Shown: one piece after another, positions 10,156 to 20,113 of the stretch
Numbering within the stretch: position 1 is the first letter of the stretch
How the letters are laid out: every line of letters begins with the position of its first letter
DNA from: Candidatus Heimdallarchaeota archaeon
GTDB lineage: Archaea; Asgardarchaeota; Heimdallarchaeia; Heimdallarchaeales; Heimdallarchaeaceae
Direction of reading: 5' to 3'
Length of the DNA stretch: 64,000 nt
NCBI GenBank assembly: GCA_016839945.1
Contig: JAEOTE010000007.1
Location: 21,959-85,958 of the forward strand
Translations under genes and position numbers: made by a program
The notes under the pieces: model-generated
Database searches by the model: none
Told to the model about the DNA's origin: nothing
What the model saw: only the letters and a program-made list of their open reading frames with translations

Positions 10156-11310
10156 ATGGGAGTAAATGAGAAAATAGATTTAGCAATTGATAAAATCTCT
10201 CAAAAAATTAAAACATATAATGAACATAGAAGATTGTTTCAAGATCTTTTTCGATCAGTAAAGCGCTCACTTAATCCTTCAGAATTTCCAAGTGCGTTTG
10301 GAATTCAAACTTCAGATATTAGCTTTACAACAGAGGTGTCTGAAACAAATGTTGAAGGATTAAAAATTGCAGGAGTAGATGGAGGAGTTATTCATCGTTC
10401 TTTAAACTTCTTTGATATTGCTCTTATTAGAGCAGTAGGTGTATTGTTTTATTATCGAAAGGAAAATAATCCCATTGTCAACTATTTTCCTGAAGAACAA
10501 CCATTTCCAGATATCCTAACCAGCATCGAACCATTATCTCAAAATGAAATTGATGCTCTAATTTCAATGTGGAGAATACAAAAAGAAATTCGATGTTGTA
10601 TTTCATTAGTTGAAGAAGATGTACCAGATATCATTATTTTAGATGGTTCAGTTCTACCTTATGTTGAGTACAAATATATAAGTCAGAAGGATTTCTTAAT
10701 GAATCAGTACAGAAACATAAAAACACTTTATAGAAGATTATATACCCTGTGTAAGAAAAATAGAACTTTACTCTGTGGAGTGGTAAAAGATTCTCGTTCA
10801 GCTATTCTTACAGGTAAACTTTCACCACTTTTACCTCATTTAGGAAAACTCCCAGAATTTGAGAGATTGTTGAAAATTGACTACAGACCAATTATAAAAC
10901 AATTACGAGATACAGATTTACTTTATCAGATTCTTGATAAAAATGAACGAACTTTTGAGTTTTTCCTTTCAAAATTCAATGATGAGAGTGATAAAGATCT
11001 TGATAACTTTGATATTCACTGTTTTTATCTAAAAACTGCTGAATTTGATACACCCTTAAGAGTTGAGTTTCCAATCCTTTTCTCTAATCAGCAAGAGACT
11101 TCGAAAAAAATAGCTTCTTTGGTTACTGCAGTATCGAAATATAATCCAGAATATGGAATGCCTAGTGTAATAATAGAAGCAGATGCAAGAGCCAGATTAC
11201 AAGAGACAGATGCAGACATTTTAATTGATGAAATTTCATCTAAGATTGGATACTCAAGTCATTCTCTCCAAAAAAGAAGGAACAGAATCCCATTCAAAAC
11301 AGGTGATTAA
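10156..11310 (+). CDS. nurA: NurA 5'-3' nuclease (HerA partner)
   Basis: The N-terminal catalytic motif IAGVDGG matches NurA D-G-S/G. At ~385 aa it sits directly upstream of, and abutting, herA (nurA TAA ends at 11310; herA ATG starts at 11311). The ORF track starts at GTG 10144; the ATG at 10156 with an AT-rich TATA-like element ~25 nt upstream is the more likely start. Confidence 0.7.
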   Translation: MGVNEKIDLAIDKISQKIKTYNEHRRLFQDLFRSVKRSLNPSEFPSAFGIQTSDISFTTEVSETNVEGLKIAGVDGGVIHRSLNFFDIALIRAVGVLFYYRKENNPIVNYFPEEQPFPDILTSIEPLSQNEIDALISMWRIQKEIRCCISLVEEDVPDIIILDGSVLPYVEYKYISQKDFLMNQYRNIKTLYRRLYTLCKKNRTLLCGVVKDSRSAILTGKLSPLLPHLGKLPEFERLLKIDYRPIIKQLRDTDLLYQILDKNERTFEFFLSKFNDESDKDLDNFDIHCFYLKTAEFDTPLRVEFPILFSNQQETSKKIASLVTAVSKYNPEYGMPSVIIEADARARLQETDADILIDEISSKIGYSSHSLQKRRNRIPFKTGD

Positions 11311-12804
11311 ATGAGTGAAAAAAGTATAGGTACAGTTATAGTAGGTGAAGATAATTCACCAAACCCTTCAGAATTTAGTTTTGTTTTAACTAGAGATGAA
11401 GAAGAATTTCGATTGCAAAAAGGAATGTATATTGTTGTTCCATCAGAGGATGGCAAAATAATAGCAACAATTTCAGACGTTTATAAAACTAATAGATATT
11501 TCTCTTCACCTTCTGCAGTTAGAGCATACGAAACTAGTGGAAAAACCATGGCTTCAATATTTCCAGCAGATAGATGGGAGCACATAATTGCTAGAGCAAA
11601 GACTATGGGAATAATGACAAAAATAGGAATTCAAAGACTTCTCTATCCAGTTTCTCCAGGAGAAACAGTATTCACCCCTGACACTGAGACTTTATCTAGA
11701 TTTCTTGGATTGGAAAAGACAGATGGTTTACTTCTTGGTAAAATTGATCAACACGATCTTGACGTAAGATTGAACTTGACTCGATTATTACAAAAGCATG
11801 TTGCTGTTCTAGCAATTTCTGGCGCGGGTAAATCATATACAGTTTCTGTGATATTGGAAGAGCTCCTTACTAGGAAGAAAGAACAGGGAAGAATTGCAGT
11901 TGTACTTTTTGATGTTCATGGAGAGTATAAAGGATTAGGGGATGAAAAATCACCATTTCATAAGAAAACAGAAATCTTTCCTGGAGCCGTTATACAATTC
12001 GCAACTCACTCTATAAGGCCTGGACAATTTGCAGTTTTTGAACCTCAAATAACACCTGTACAAACTAGAGAGCTCTATAGGATAAATCAAAAACTATTTC
12101 ACGACAAAGTAAAGCAAGGAGAAGGCTACATTATTTCAGATATAATTGCAGAATTAGAGAGTGATGACCAAATAAATCCAAGAAGCAAAGAAGCGCTCAT
12201 TGGTTGGTTATATACATTAGAACGTACAAAATTATTTGGACTTGGAGAAAATCCTGCATTAGAAGAAATATTAGAACCAGGAAAACTGGTAATTTTTGAC
12301 CTAAGTGAGTTTACAAGTATGAAACTTAAACAGATGATAGTGAGTTATATTCTGTATAGAATATTTGATTCGAGGAAAAAAGACACTGTACCTCCAACAG
12401 CTATTGTCTTGGAAGAAGGTCATCAATTCGCCCCAGAAGCGCGACTTGAATTAGCTATCTCTCGTCCCATAGTAGAAACTATAGCAAGAGAAGGAAGAAA
12501 GTTTTTCACCTCCCTTATTTTAGTAAGTCAAAGGCCTGTTAAATTATCAACAACGACTCTAAGTCAATGCAATACTCACATTATAATGAATGTTCTTAAT
12601 CCATATGATCTCGATTTTATAGGAAGGTCATCTGAAGGTATTGATAAAGCAACATTAAGTGCAATTACAACACTTGGTGTAGGAGAAGCGATAATTGCTG
12701 GCAATGCAGTTAATCAACCGATTTTTGTCAAAATCCGTGAAAGGAAAACAAAAACAATGAAAACAAAAACACTTGAAGAATCCGCAAAAAAGTATGATGT
12801 ATGA
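11311..12804 (+). CDS. herA: HerA-type DNA helicase/translocase (FtsK/HerA superfamily ATPase)
   Basis: N-terminal HAS-barrel-like region, then Walker A AISGAGKSYT, later Walker B (hydrophobic stretch followed by E in VLEEGHQF), at ~500 aa length. It is adjacent to nurA. Confidence 0.85.
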   Translation: MSEKSIGTVIVGEDNSPNPSEFSFVLTRDEEEFRLQKGMYIVVPSEDGKIIATISDVYKTNRYFSSPSAVRAYETSGKTMASIFPADRWEHIIARAKTMGIMTKIGIQRLLYPVSPGETVFTPDTETLSRFLGLEKTDGLLLGKIDQHDLDVRLNLTRLLQKHVAVLAISGAGKSYTVSVILEELLTRKKEQGRIAVVLFDVHGEYKGLGDEKSPFHKKTEIFPGAVIQFATHSIRPGQFAVFEPQITPVQTRELYRINQKLFHDKVKQGEGYIISDIIAELESDDQINPRSKEALIGWLYTLERTKLFGLGENPALEEILEPGKLVIFDLSEFTSMKLKQMIVSYILYRIFDSRKKDTVPPTAIVLEEGHQFAPEARLELAISRPIVETIAREGRKFFTSLILVSQRPVKLSTTTLSQCNTHIIMNVLNPYDLDFIGRSSEGIDKATLSAITTLGVGEAIIAGNAVNQPIFVKIRERKTKTMKTKTLEESAKKYDV

Positions 12805-12889
12805 ATTCGAAGACCTTAACTAAAATCCGTTAAACAAAATCTTTTTAAATTATAGTCCTTCCCTCAAATCATACAAATAAACAAAACTG

Positions 12890-13132
12890 GTGTATAAAAT
12901 GAGCAGTATTCCAATTAATTCGTTAAGAAAGGTTATCGGGCAAAGTATAATTATTAGATTAAAAGACAATGTAAAATACAAAGGAATACTGGAAAGTTTT
13001 GATCAACATATGAATTGTCATTTAAGCAATGCAATAGAAATAATTGATAACGAAGAAGTTTCAAATTATGGTAATATTTTTGTTAGAGGAAACAACATCC
13101 TCTTAGTTCAGCTTTATGTAGATGAATTATAA
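12890..13132 (+). CDS. Sm-like (LSm) archaeal protein
   Basis: At ~75-80 aa, the Sm1 motif reads IIIRLKDNVKYKGILESFDQHMNCHL and the Sm2 motif reads NIFVRGNNILLV. Confidence 0.8.
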   Translation: MYKMSSIPINSLRKVIGQSIIIRLKDNVKYKGILESFDQHMNCHLSNAIEIIDNEEVSNYGNIFVRGNNILLVQLYVDEL

Positions 13133-13133
13133 A

Positions 13134-15245
13134 TTATTCATCATTTTCTTTAGTTCTTTTCTTTCTTTCACGACTTATTGTTTCATCATACTCTTGTATT
13201 TCTCTTTCTCTTACTTTACGATAATCTTCAACTAATGAATCAAGGAAGTTTTCTTTTTTCTCTATAATTACTTCTTCTAGCTCTTGCTCAGCTTTCTCTA
13301 TTAAATTTAGAAATTGATCTTCCTTTATTACAGCTATTTCATCAATTCTTTTTATCTCAACATCTGAAATATCCGCTAGAGGGATTTGTTTTTCGATCAA
13401 AATTTTCTTAGCATAATACGAAAGTTGGTTTATGTTTCCTATTATTGCTTTGATATTATAGGATAGAAGTTGTTCAGCTGTTTGACCTCCTCCTCCCGTT
13501 GTATCCAAAATTAAAACAGTATCTCCAGGACCCAATCCATATGTTTTTACTGTATTTTCTATCTCTTCATTTGTGAATTTTTTAATTACTTTTATTGGTA
13601 ACCATCCTTCTTGATTTCTTAACCATGTAACTTTTTTCAATTCCTCAACTCTATTCACATATCTTTCTAATTCATCTTCTAATTGCTTCATTTTTTCTTC
13701 AAGGAAGGAAATTTTGTTATCCTTTACAATAAACATTTTTTCTTTCTGAATCCTCTCGACATATTCAAATTTTCCTTCATCTAATTTCATCTGAAGATAC
13801 TCTATTTTTTCTTCCATATCTCTATTTTCTAAATGTAACTCACTGTTTTTTCTTCTTTCCCAGTCCAATTGTTCTTGAAGTAAATTGATTTTATTCCCTA
13901 ACTCACTAATATCTGGAGATGCAGGTTTTACCGCTTTTTGAACCACAGCTAAATCTTCAGCAATAACTGAATCTTCCGCTATCATTTTTTGAATCTCTTC
14001 TGTAGCTTCAACTGGTGATTTACCCTTAACAACGGAATCCTTGATTTCATCCCTTAAAGATTTGTCAAAATCATTGAAGTACTTTCTATCAATTTTTTCA
14101 AATTCTGCTTTGTAATTAGTGTAACCACGATAAGCAGAAGCTAAAGAATCACGTTGATGAGCATTTTTTACCATTACCCCTTGTTGCATCGCTAATTTTC
14201 TTGCTATATCATTTTTTTCTGATACTGTCATTACACTTCTTGGAGTATACAACTTGGAATTAAGAGTTGCTGAGATCTTTTCAACATAAGAAGGATAAGG
14301 ATAGACATCAACACAAATTAGAGTTGGTTTTCCATAACGAGTAATTTGCCTTATGATCTGTCCTCTCGTTGCTTCTCTGTAACTTTCCACTTTCAAAATT
14401 CTTCCACTTAAATCTAGAATAGACAACCCTACAGTTAAACCTGGATCAATTCCAACAATTAGTCTTTTTAATGATGATTTTGTTTGAATCTGCTGTGAAA
14501 GAGGGATAAATTCTACTCTCTCCTTGTTCACTGGAAAAATTTTTACTTGATATAATTCACCTTTTTGTTTTCTGATTGTTTTAGTTATTTCCGATATTGG
14601 TGCATAAATACTAAAGACAACTTTTTGAGCTCCAAATTTGCTTTTTGCAGTTCTTTTATCATAATCCAATCGGAATTCTATCAGTTTTTCTTCAATCTTC
14701 TTTGCTTCTTGATTAACCGTTGTATCCATTAACCTGCTATATCTTTTCTGAGACCATCCTCCTGGTCCTTTTGATTTAGCTCTTGAGATAATGATTTTTG
14801 TTTCATCCTCAAAGGGCTCGATTAGATATCCTAGTTTTTTAGAAGCTAATATTGCACAAGCTTCTGCAGCTGAAAGAGGTGTTAATTTTCCTGCAGGTTT
14901 TAATCCATGTTGACTCATTAATTTATGAAGAGAAGTAAATCCATGAATAGGAGAACCTGTAATCTGTACTAATTTTGTGTTGGGTAAAAGCTGTAAACAA
15001 AGATGAGGAATCTGTGATGGTTTCTTAACTAGTTCATAGATGTTATCACTTACCAGAAAAACAGCTTGAGAACTTCTTACAATTCCTAAGAGTTTTTGTA
15101 AATTTACTTTCTCATATTTCTTGATGATTTCTTCTTTTTTTGCGTCATAAACACAAACAGCATAGTGTGATGATCTTGTAGGAGATTCTTGAGGTAGTAT
15201 ATCAACACCAACAATTATAGCATCTGTTTCCGCTATACAAATCAC
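13134..15245 (-). CDS. Large conserved archaeal protein with two RNase-H-fold (YqgF/RuvC-like) domains, a central coiled coil and a C-terminal Gly-rich domain (COG2433/DUF460-like)
   Basis: The N-terminal motif IIVGVDILPQE and the second motif LIVGIDPGLTVGLSILDLSG...AHQRDSLASAYRGY resemble YqgF/RuvC resolvase-fold signatures. Residues ~440-540 are heptad-rich (E/K/L). The C-terminus has the motif TVLILDTTGGGGQTAEQLL. The family name is recalled, not computed. Confidence 0.5.
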   Translation of the reverse strand: MICIAETDAIIVGVDILPQESPTRSSHYAVCVYDAKKEEIIKKYEKVNLQKLLGIVRSSQAVFLVSDNIYELVKKPSQIPHLCLQLLPNTKLVQITGSPIHGFTSLHKLMSQHGLKPAGKLTPLSAAEACAILASKKLGYLIEPFEDETKIIISRAKSKGPGGWSQKRYSRLMDTTVNQEAKKIEEKLIEFRLDYDKRTAKSKFGAQKVVFSIYAPISEITKTIRKQKGELYQVKIFPVNKERVEFIPLSQQIQTKSSLKRLIVGIDPGLTVGLSILDLSGRILKVESYREATRGQIIRQITRYGKPTLICVDVYPYPSYVEKISATLNSKLYTPRSVMTVSEKNDIARKLAMQQGVMVKNAHQRDSLASAYRGYTNYKAEFEKIDRKYFNDFDKSLRDEIKDSVVKGKSPVEATEEIQKMIAEDSVIAEDLAVVQKAVKPASPDISELGNKINLLQEQLDWERRKNSELHLENRDMEEKIEYLQMKLDEGKFEYVERIQKEKMFIVKDNKISFLEEKMKQLEDELERYVNRVEELKKVTWLRNQEGWLPIKVIKKFTNEEIENTVKTYGLGPGDTVLILDTTGGGGQTAEQLLSYNIKAIIGNINQLSYYAKKILIEKQIPLADISDVEIKRIDEIAVIKEDQFLNLIEKAEQELEEVIIEKKENFLDSLVEDYRKVREREIQEYDETISRERKKRTKENDE

Positions 15246-15246
15246 C

Positions 15247-16140
15247 TCATTTTATTATGTAATCAATTACTGTTTCTACTTCTTCTGTTGTTATAGACCA
15301 TTTTTTACCGAAGAAATCAAGAAGATGGGTAAAATCTCTTCGAAGCAAATTAACTGCTTCAGGGTGATCTGATGGGACAGCTTGAGGAAAATCTATTATA
15401 ATTAGTGAGTCTCTTCTTATGTCATACAGCATATTGAATTCTGTTAAATCAGCATGAACCAAGTTATACTTCTGATAAAGTGTTTTTGCAAATTCAATTA
15501 TTTTTTCAAGTAATTTTATTGGTTTCTTAGGGTATTGGACTTTTACCAGTTCAACTCCAGGAATAATGTTCATAACTATCATATGTCGGTTGTTCCCTTT
15601 TAGAACAGGTATTGGTAAGTTTTTATTTTGGAGTTTTAGCAAATTTTCATACTCTCTTTTTGCAGCTATTTCAGCAACAGAGAACATTGAATAATGAAAT
15701 TTTCCTTTAAGAAAATCTCTTTTTCTCTTAACTTTTTGAAAACTAGCTCTACCTGTCCTATTAATTTTCAGCATCACTTCGTTATCTTCAAAATCGACTG
15801 CATAATAAATATCGCTTTCCTTTCCAACACCACTAGATCTTCCAACACCGTAAACTTTTTTGTCTATATACAATTTGTTTAAAGCTAGTGCATCAAAACC
15901 CGAAAGCGTTAATGTATATCCTACAAATTGCCCTGTCCATCTTCTGGTCAGTTTTAATTTATTTAATCTAGATAGATAAAGATCAACATCCTTTTCTCTA
16001 TAACCTGAATAGTCTGCTACTTTCTCTTTAGGAGCATATTCTCCTTTCTTTAGAAGAGTTTCCACCATATGTAAGGTTCTAAGTTCTTCATTGGATAAAT
16101 CTTTCAGAACTTTAGCTCCTCTTAGAGAAATTGGCATCAT
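15247..16140 (-). CDS. rio2: RIO-type serine/threonine protein kinase Rio2 (N-terminal winged helix plus RIO kinase domain)
   Basis: The N-terminal wHTH (LRTLHMVETLLKKGEYAP...LSRLNKLKLT) is characteristic of Rio2. Kinase motifs: nucleotide-binding loop GVGKESDIY, the conserved lysine in VMLKI, the catalytic loop LVHADLTEFNML and the metal-binding IIDFPQAV. Confidence 0.85.
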   Translation of the reverse strand: MMPISLRGAKVLKDLSNEELRTLHMVETLLKKGEYAPKEKVADYSGYREKDVDLYLSRLNKLKLTRRWTGQFVGYTLTLSGFDALALNKLYIDKKVYGVGRSSGVGKESDIYYAVDFEDNEVMLKINRTGRASFQKVKRKRDFLKGKFHYSMFSVAEIAAKREYENLLKLQNKNLPIPVLKGNNRHMIVMNIIPGVELVKVQYPKKPIKLLEKIIEFAKTLYQKYNLVHADLTEFNMLYDIRRDSLIIIDFPQAVPSDHPEAVNLLRRDFTHLLDFFGKKWSITTEEVETVIDYIIK

Positions 16141-16191
16141 AATGTTTTAAGAGCATAACTTAAAATGCTTTTCTTTCTTAAGGTAAATTGA

Positions 16192-16737
16192 ATGAGTATA
16201 AAGAAATTCGAAGTAAGAAGACGGTATGATACAACTGCAAAACATTATGATCCTAGGTATACTAACATTCAAAATCAAAAATACAGGGAGGTTTTTTCAA
16301 ATGGTAACCTTTCTGATTATGAATTAATATTAGATGTTGGTGCAGGAACTGGTCTTCTTTTGGATTTCTGTAAAGAAAAAACCCAAGATGTCTTTTGTTG
16401 TGATTTTTCCATTAATATGTTAATAGAGGGAAAAAAGAAACACAAAAATGGATTTTTCATTTGTAGTGACATAGAATCCTTGCCATTTAGAAAAAATAGT
16501 TTTGATTTATGTACAAGCTTTTCAGTTCTTCAAAATATACAAGATATTAACAAGACAATTGCAGAAAAATTTTGGGTTTTAAAAGATAATGGAGAACTTA
16601 TTTTAACAGCACTAAAGAAGAAATTTGATAAAAATGATTTGAAACATATTATAGATAAAACTGGTTTTAAGCTTGTGAAAATATGGAATTTATCTGTAGA
16701 GGATATCTCGCTTATTGCCAGAAAAGGGGAAAGATGA
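16192..16737 (+). CDS. Class I SAM-dependent methyltransferase (small, stand-alone)
   Basis: Motif I reads ILDVGAGTGLLLDF and an acidic post-I residue sits in CCDFS. Length is ~180 aa. Confidence 0.7.
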   Translation: MSIKKFEVRRRYDTTAKHYDPRYTNIQNQKYREVFSNGNLSDYELILDVGAGTGLLLDFCKEKTQDVFCCDFSINMLIEGKKKHKNGFFICSDIESLPFRKNSFDLCTSFSVLQNIQDINKTIAEKFWVLKDNGELILTALKKKFDKNDLKHIIDKTGFKLVKIWNLSVEDISLIARKGER

Positions 16738-16747
16738 AATTATCTAT

Positions 16748-17029
16748 CTAGATTATATCCAGTATGATCCTACTAATTTTTGTCTTGCAAACCTTGCGTA
16801 CACCATGTGCACCTGGCTCGTAACGAGATTCCAGAACACCCGCAACTTCCAGTTTCTTGATTTGAGCTGATGTGTTTGCTTCTGTCTGCTTCATTTTCTT
16901 TGCAATACTTGAAATATCCATTTCTTTGTCAATTAGAAGTTTGACTATATCATATCTTGTTTGAGATGATAAAGCTTTTGCCAGTATAATTATTAATTTT
17001 TCATCATTTAATTCAAGAGTTTCTGTCAA
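16748..17029 (-). CDS. ArsR-family winged-helix transcriptional regulator
   Basis: At ~90 aa, the HTH reads RYDIVKLLIDKEMDISSIAKKMKQTEANTSAQIKKLEVAGVLE. Confidence 0.65.
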   Translation of the reverse strand: MTETLELNDEKLIIILAKALSSQTRYDIVKLLIDKEMDISSIAKKMKQTEANTSAQIKKLEVAGVLESRYEPGAHGVRKVCKTKISRIILDII

Positions 17030-17302
17030 CTTTAACCACCCCTTGGTTAATCAAGCTGGAGTCTTTAAAGGATTATTTAAATATAGCTCTTGTTTGAAAG
17101 AAAAAATAGATATTTTCTTATTCATTGTAGTAAAAAAATGGAACATTGATAAAATTATTGAGTGTTTTAGACCTTTATTTATAAGTAATATCTCTTAAAT
17201 AAACAATTTTCCTTAACTTCGTTTAGATATTTCAGTTAACTATTTAAAAAATCCCTCATGAATCGTTAAGGCTAAATATTTTTTTATGATAAGTGAAGAT
17301 GC

Positions 17303-17312
17303 AATATAAATA
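17303..17312 (+). promoter_or_regulatory. TATA-box-like element (aatataaata) ~25 nt upstream of the drg ATG, suggesting a leaderless or near-leaderless transcript
   Basis: An AT-rich octamer is centred ~25 nt upstream of ATG 17333 in a 300-bp divergent intergenic region shared with the ArsR-family gene. Confidence 0.35.
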
Positions 17313-17332
17313 AATTCACTAGGTTTAGATTT

Positions 17333-18442
17333 ATGAGTAGTACAATTGATGAAAGAATTCGTGATTTGGAGGAAGAAATACGAATAACTCCTAAGAATAA
17401 GTCTACTGAACATCATGTGGGTACATTAAAAGCTAAACTTGCAAAAGCAAAACGCAAAAAACTTGATGTTCAACTCTCAAAAACTGGAAGTAGTTACGGA
17501 TTTGATGTCAAGAAAGCGGGAGATGGTTCTGTTGTTCTTATTGGATTCCCTTCTACAGGTAAATCTACTCTTATTTCAAAAATAACAAGTAAGCAATCAA
17601 AAGTTGGTGAGTATGCTTTTACAACAACATCTGCTATTCCGGGAATAATGTTTCATAAAGGTACTCAAATTCAAATTATAGATCTTCCAGGAATTATTGA
17701 AGATGCAAGTCGAGGAAGAGGAAGGGGAAAGGAGATTCTTGCAGTTGCTAGAACTGCAGATATGATTCTTTTACTTCTCGACCCAAAAAAAGCCGAATTA
17801 TTTTACGAAAAAGCTTTAGATGAACTCGGTGGAGTTGCAATTAGACCAGGAAAAGAAAAACCAAACATTAGAATTCGCAAGAAAGAACGTGGAGGGATTG
17901 CTCTTTCAACTTTAACAAAGTTAACTCATATGAGTGAAAAAACATTCAGTGGAATTTTAAGAGAATATAAGATAATGAACGCAAGTGTTACTGTTCGTAG
18001 TGATCCTACCATGGATGAATTAATTGATGTTTTAGAAGGCAATAGAGTTTATCCTCGATTAATGATAGTAATTAATAAAATAGATACAATTACTGAAAAA
18101 ACAAAGGGAAAGTTAAAACGAAAGCTTCCGGAATCGATATTAATTAGTGCACTAACAGGGGAGAATCTTAAACTACTTAAAGAAGAGATAGTAAAGAGGT
18201 TAGAACTCATCCAAATTTTCTTGAAGAAGCAGAGAGAAAAAACAGACTATGATGAGCCATTAATTGTGAAATATAATTCCACAATAAAAGATGTGTGTGA
18301 TAAAATTCATCGCAAATTTAAATCGCAATTTAGGTATGCAGTTGTATCAGGACCTAGTGCCAAACATAGGAAACAAAGAGTTGGCTTGGATCATGTAGTT
18401 AAAGAAGGGGATGTAATAACTATCATTGTTAAGAAGTTCTAA
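17333..18442 (+). CDS. drg: Developmentally-regulated GTP-binding protein (DRG/Rbg1 family, Obg-like GTPase with C-terminal TGS domain)
   Basis: The N-terminal helix IRDLEEEIRITPKNKSTEHHVGTLKAKLAKAK is typical of DRG. G1 is GFPSTGKST, G2 is FTT, G3 is DLPG and G4 is NKID. A C-terminal TGS-like tail is present. Confidence 0.85.
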   Translation: MSSTIDERIRDLEEEIRITPKNKSTEHHVGTLKAKLAKAKRKKLDVQLSKTGSSYGFDVKKAGDGSVVLIGFPSTGKSTLISKITSKQSKVGEYAFTTTSAIPGIMFHKGTQIQIIDLPGIIEDASRGRGRGKEILAVARTADMILLLLDPKKAELFYEKALDELGGVAIRPGKEKPNIRIRKKERGGIALSTLTKLTHMSEKTFSGILREYKIMNASVTVRSDPTMDELIDVLEGNRVYPRLMIVINKIDTITEKTKGKLKRKLPESILISALTGENLKLLKEEIVKRLELIQIFLKKQREKTDYDEPLIVKYNSTIKDVCDKIHRKFKSQFRYAVVSGPSAKHRKQRVGLDHVVKEGDVITIIVKKF

Positions 18443-18446
18443 AAGT

Positions 18447-20009
18447 TCATTCTCTTTGATATCTAATTTCTCCACCTATGATAGTATAATCCACAATAAC
18501 TTCATGAAATTCTTCTTTTTGCATTACATCTAACTTATGACTCAGCATTACTAAGTCTGCAAGCTTTCCTTCGGTGACTGATCCCTTAATATTTTCCTCC
18601 TTTACCGATTTAGCAGGATGCAAAGTATAGCTTCTGATAGCTTCTTCTAAGCTTAACCTTAGTTCTTGGTTTGGATGAAAGAGAGCTCCTTTTATTCCAT
18701 ATAGAGGTCCTAAAGGCATTCCATCACTCCCAAATGCAAGTATCAGGTTTTCTTCCAGAATCCATCGGAAAGGATTATTGATCATTGTTCTTTCTTTTCC
18801 TAATCTTTGTTCATACATACCATCAACATCAATTAAGCCCCACCTCCAAACAAAATTAGGTTGCATAGAAAAAACCAATCCCAACTTAGCAGCTCTTAAA
18901 ACATCTTCTTTTCTAAGAATTTCTGCATGTTCAATCCGATGAAGAGCTTCTTGGCTTTCTAATGGTTCAATGTTTTTTTCAATAGCAGTAATTAGATTAG
19001 CATTTGCTTTATCACCTATAGCATGAGCTGCAATTTGTAAATTAGCTTGATGAACTTTGGAAACCATAGTTTCAAGTTTCTCTTCATCATATAATGCAAA
19101 ACCATATTCGTTAGGTTTGTCATCGTATTCATCAAAAACATAAGCTGTGCGAGAGCTAATAGCTCCATCTGTCATTAGTTTCACAGCTCCAATTTTGAAC
19201 CACTTATCACCGAAGTTTCTATCTAAACCAATTCTTATTGCTTCATCAATCATATCCTCGTAAATAATCCCATAGACTCTCACTTTTAGTAGGTTATTCT
19301 TAGTAAGGTGTAAATAAACAGGTAAAGTTTCAAAAGTGATATTATCATGTACAGAAGTGATACCTAGTTCTATAGCTTCTTCAAATCCTAGCTCAAAACC
19401 TTGTATAAAGTCATCAAATGTTGGTCTGGTTTCTTTATTTTCTTTAAGGTCAACATCTCTTAGAGTCCCTATTACTTCACCTTTCTCGTCCAAATCTACT
19501 CCCAGTTGAGTTTTTAAAAGTCCTAATCTCTGAAAACCCAAACTATTCACTGTTTCAAAATGACCTGAAACATGTCTTAGCTTAACAGGATTATTGGGAC
19601 TAACTGGATCTAAATCAGCTGCCGTAAGATACCTTTGATCTACCCATTTACTTTGATCCCAAGCTCTTCCAATTATCCAATCCCCAGGTTGTTTCTTATC
19701 TACTTCCTGCTTGACTAAATCAACTACTTCTTCTATACTCTTTGTTTCACTCAAATCTAGATATACTTTGTTTAATCCATTCCATGCTATGTGGGTATGT
19801 GCATCAATAAAACCAGGAATTACACTTCTTCCCTTAGCGTCAATTACCACAGTATTTGGTCCAACTAAATCAGAGAAATCATTTCCATTACCAACTTTCA
19901 TAATAGTATCCAAATAAATAGCTACATATTCAGCTCTTGGAGAGTTCTCATCTATTGTCCAGATATTAGCATTCTGAATAATTAAAGTAGCAAATATCTT
20001 CTCTGCCAT
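18447..20009 (-). CDS. Metal-dependent amidohydrolase (amidohydrolase-3 family)
   Basis: The N-terminal metal-binding motif is PGFIDAHTHIAW, with later His/Asp ligands (HAIGD, MTDGA, GSDG). Length is ~520 aa. Confidence 0.75.
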   Translation of the reverse strand: MAEKIFATLIIQNANIWTIDENSPRAEYVAIYLDTIMKVGNGNDFSDLVGPNTVVIDAKGRSVIPGFIDAHTHIAWNGLNKVYLDLSETKSIEEVVDLVKQEVDKKQPGDWIIGRAWDQSKWVDQRYLTAADLDPVSPNNPVKLRHVSGHFETVNSLGFQRLGLLKTQLGVDLDEKGEVIGTLRDVDLKENKETRPTFDDFIQGFELGFEEAIELGITSVHDNITFETLPVYLHLTKNNLLKVRVYGIIYEDMIDEAIRIGLDRNFGDKWFKIGAVKLMTDGAISSRTAYVFDEYDDKPNEYGFALYDEEKLETMVSKVHQANLQIAAHAIGDKANANLITAIEKNIEPLESQEALHRIEHAEILRKEDVLRAAKLGLVFSMQPNFVWRWGLIDVDGMYEQRLGKERTMINNPFRWILEENLILAFGSDGMPLGPLYGIKGALFHPNQELRLSLEEAIRSYTLHPAKSVKEENIKGSVTEGKLADLVMLSHKLDVMQKEEFHEVIVDYTIIGGEIRYQRE

Positions 20010-20113
20010 AATAGAATTTTTACTAGACTGATTTTAAAATATATTGTAAGACCATCTGAAATTTCCTAGAAAATACATTTATAGAAGTCCGAAAGAAATA
20101 TTCACAGAATCAA

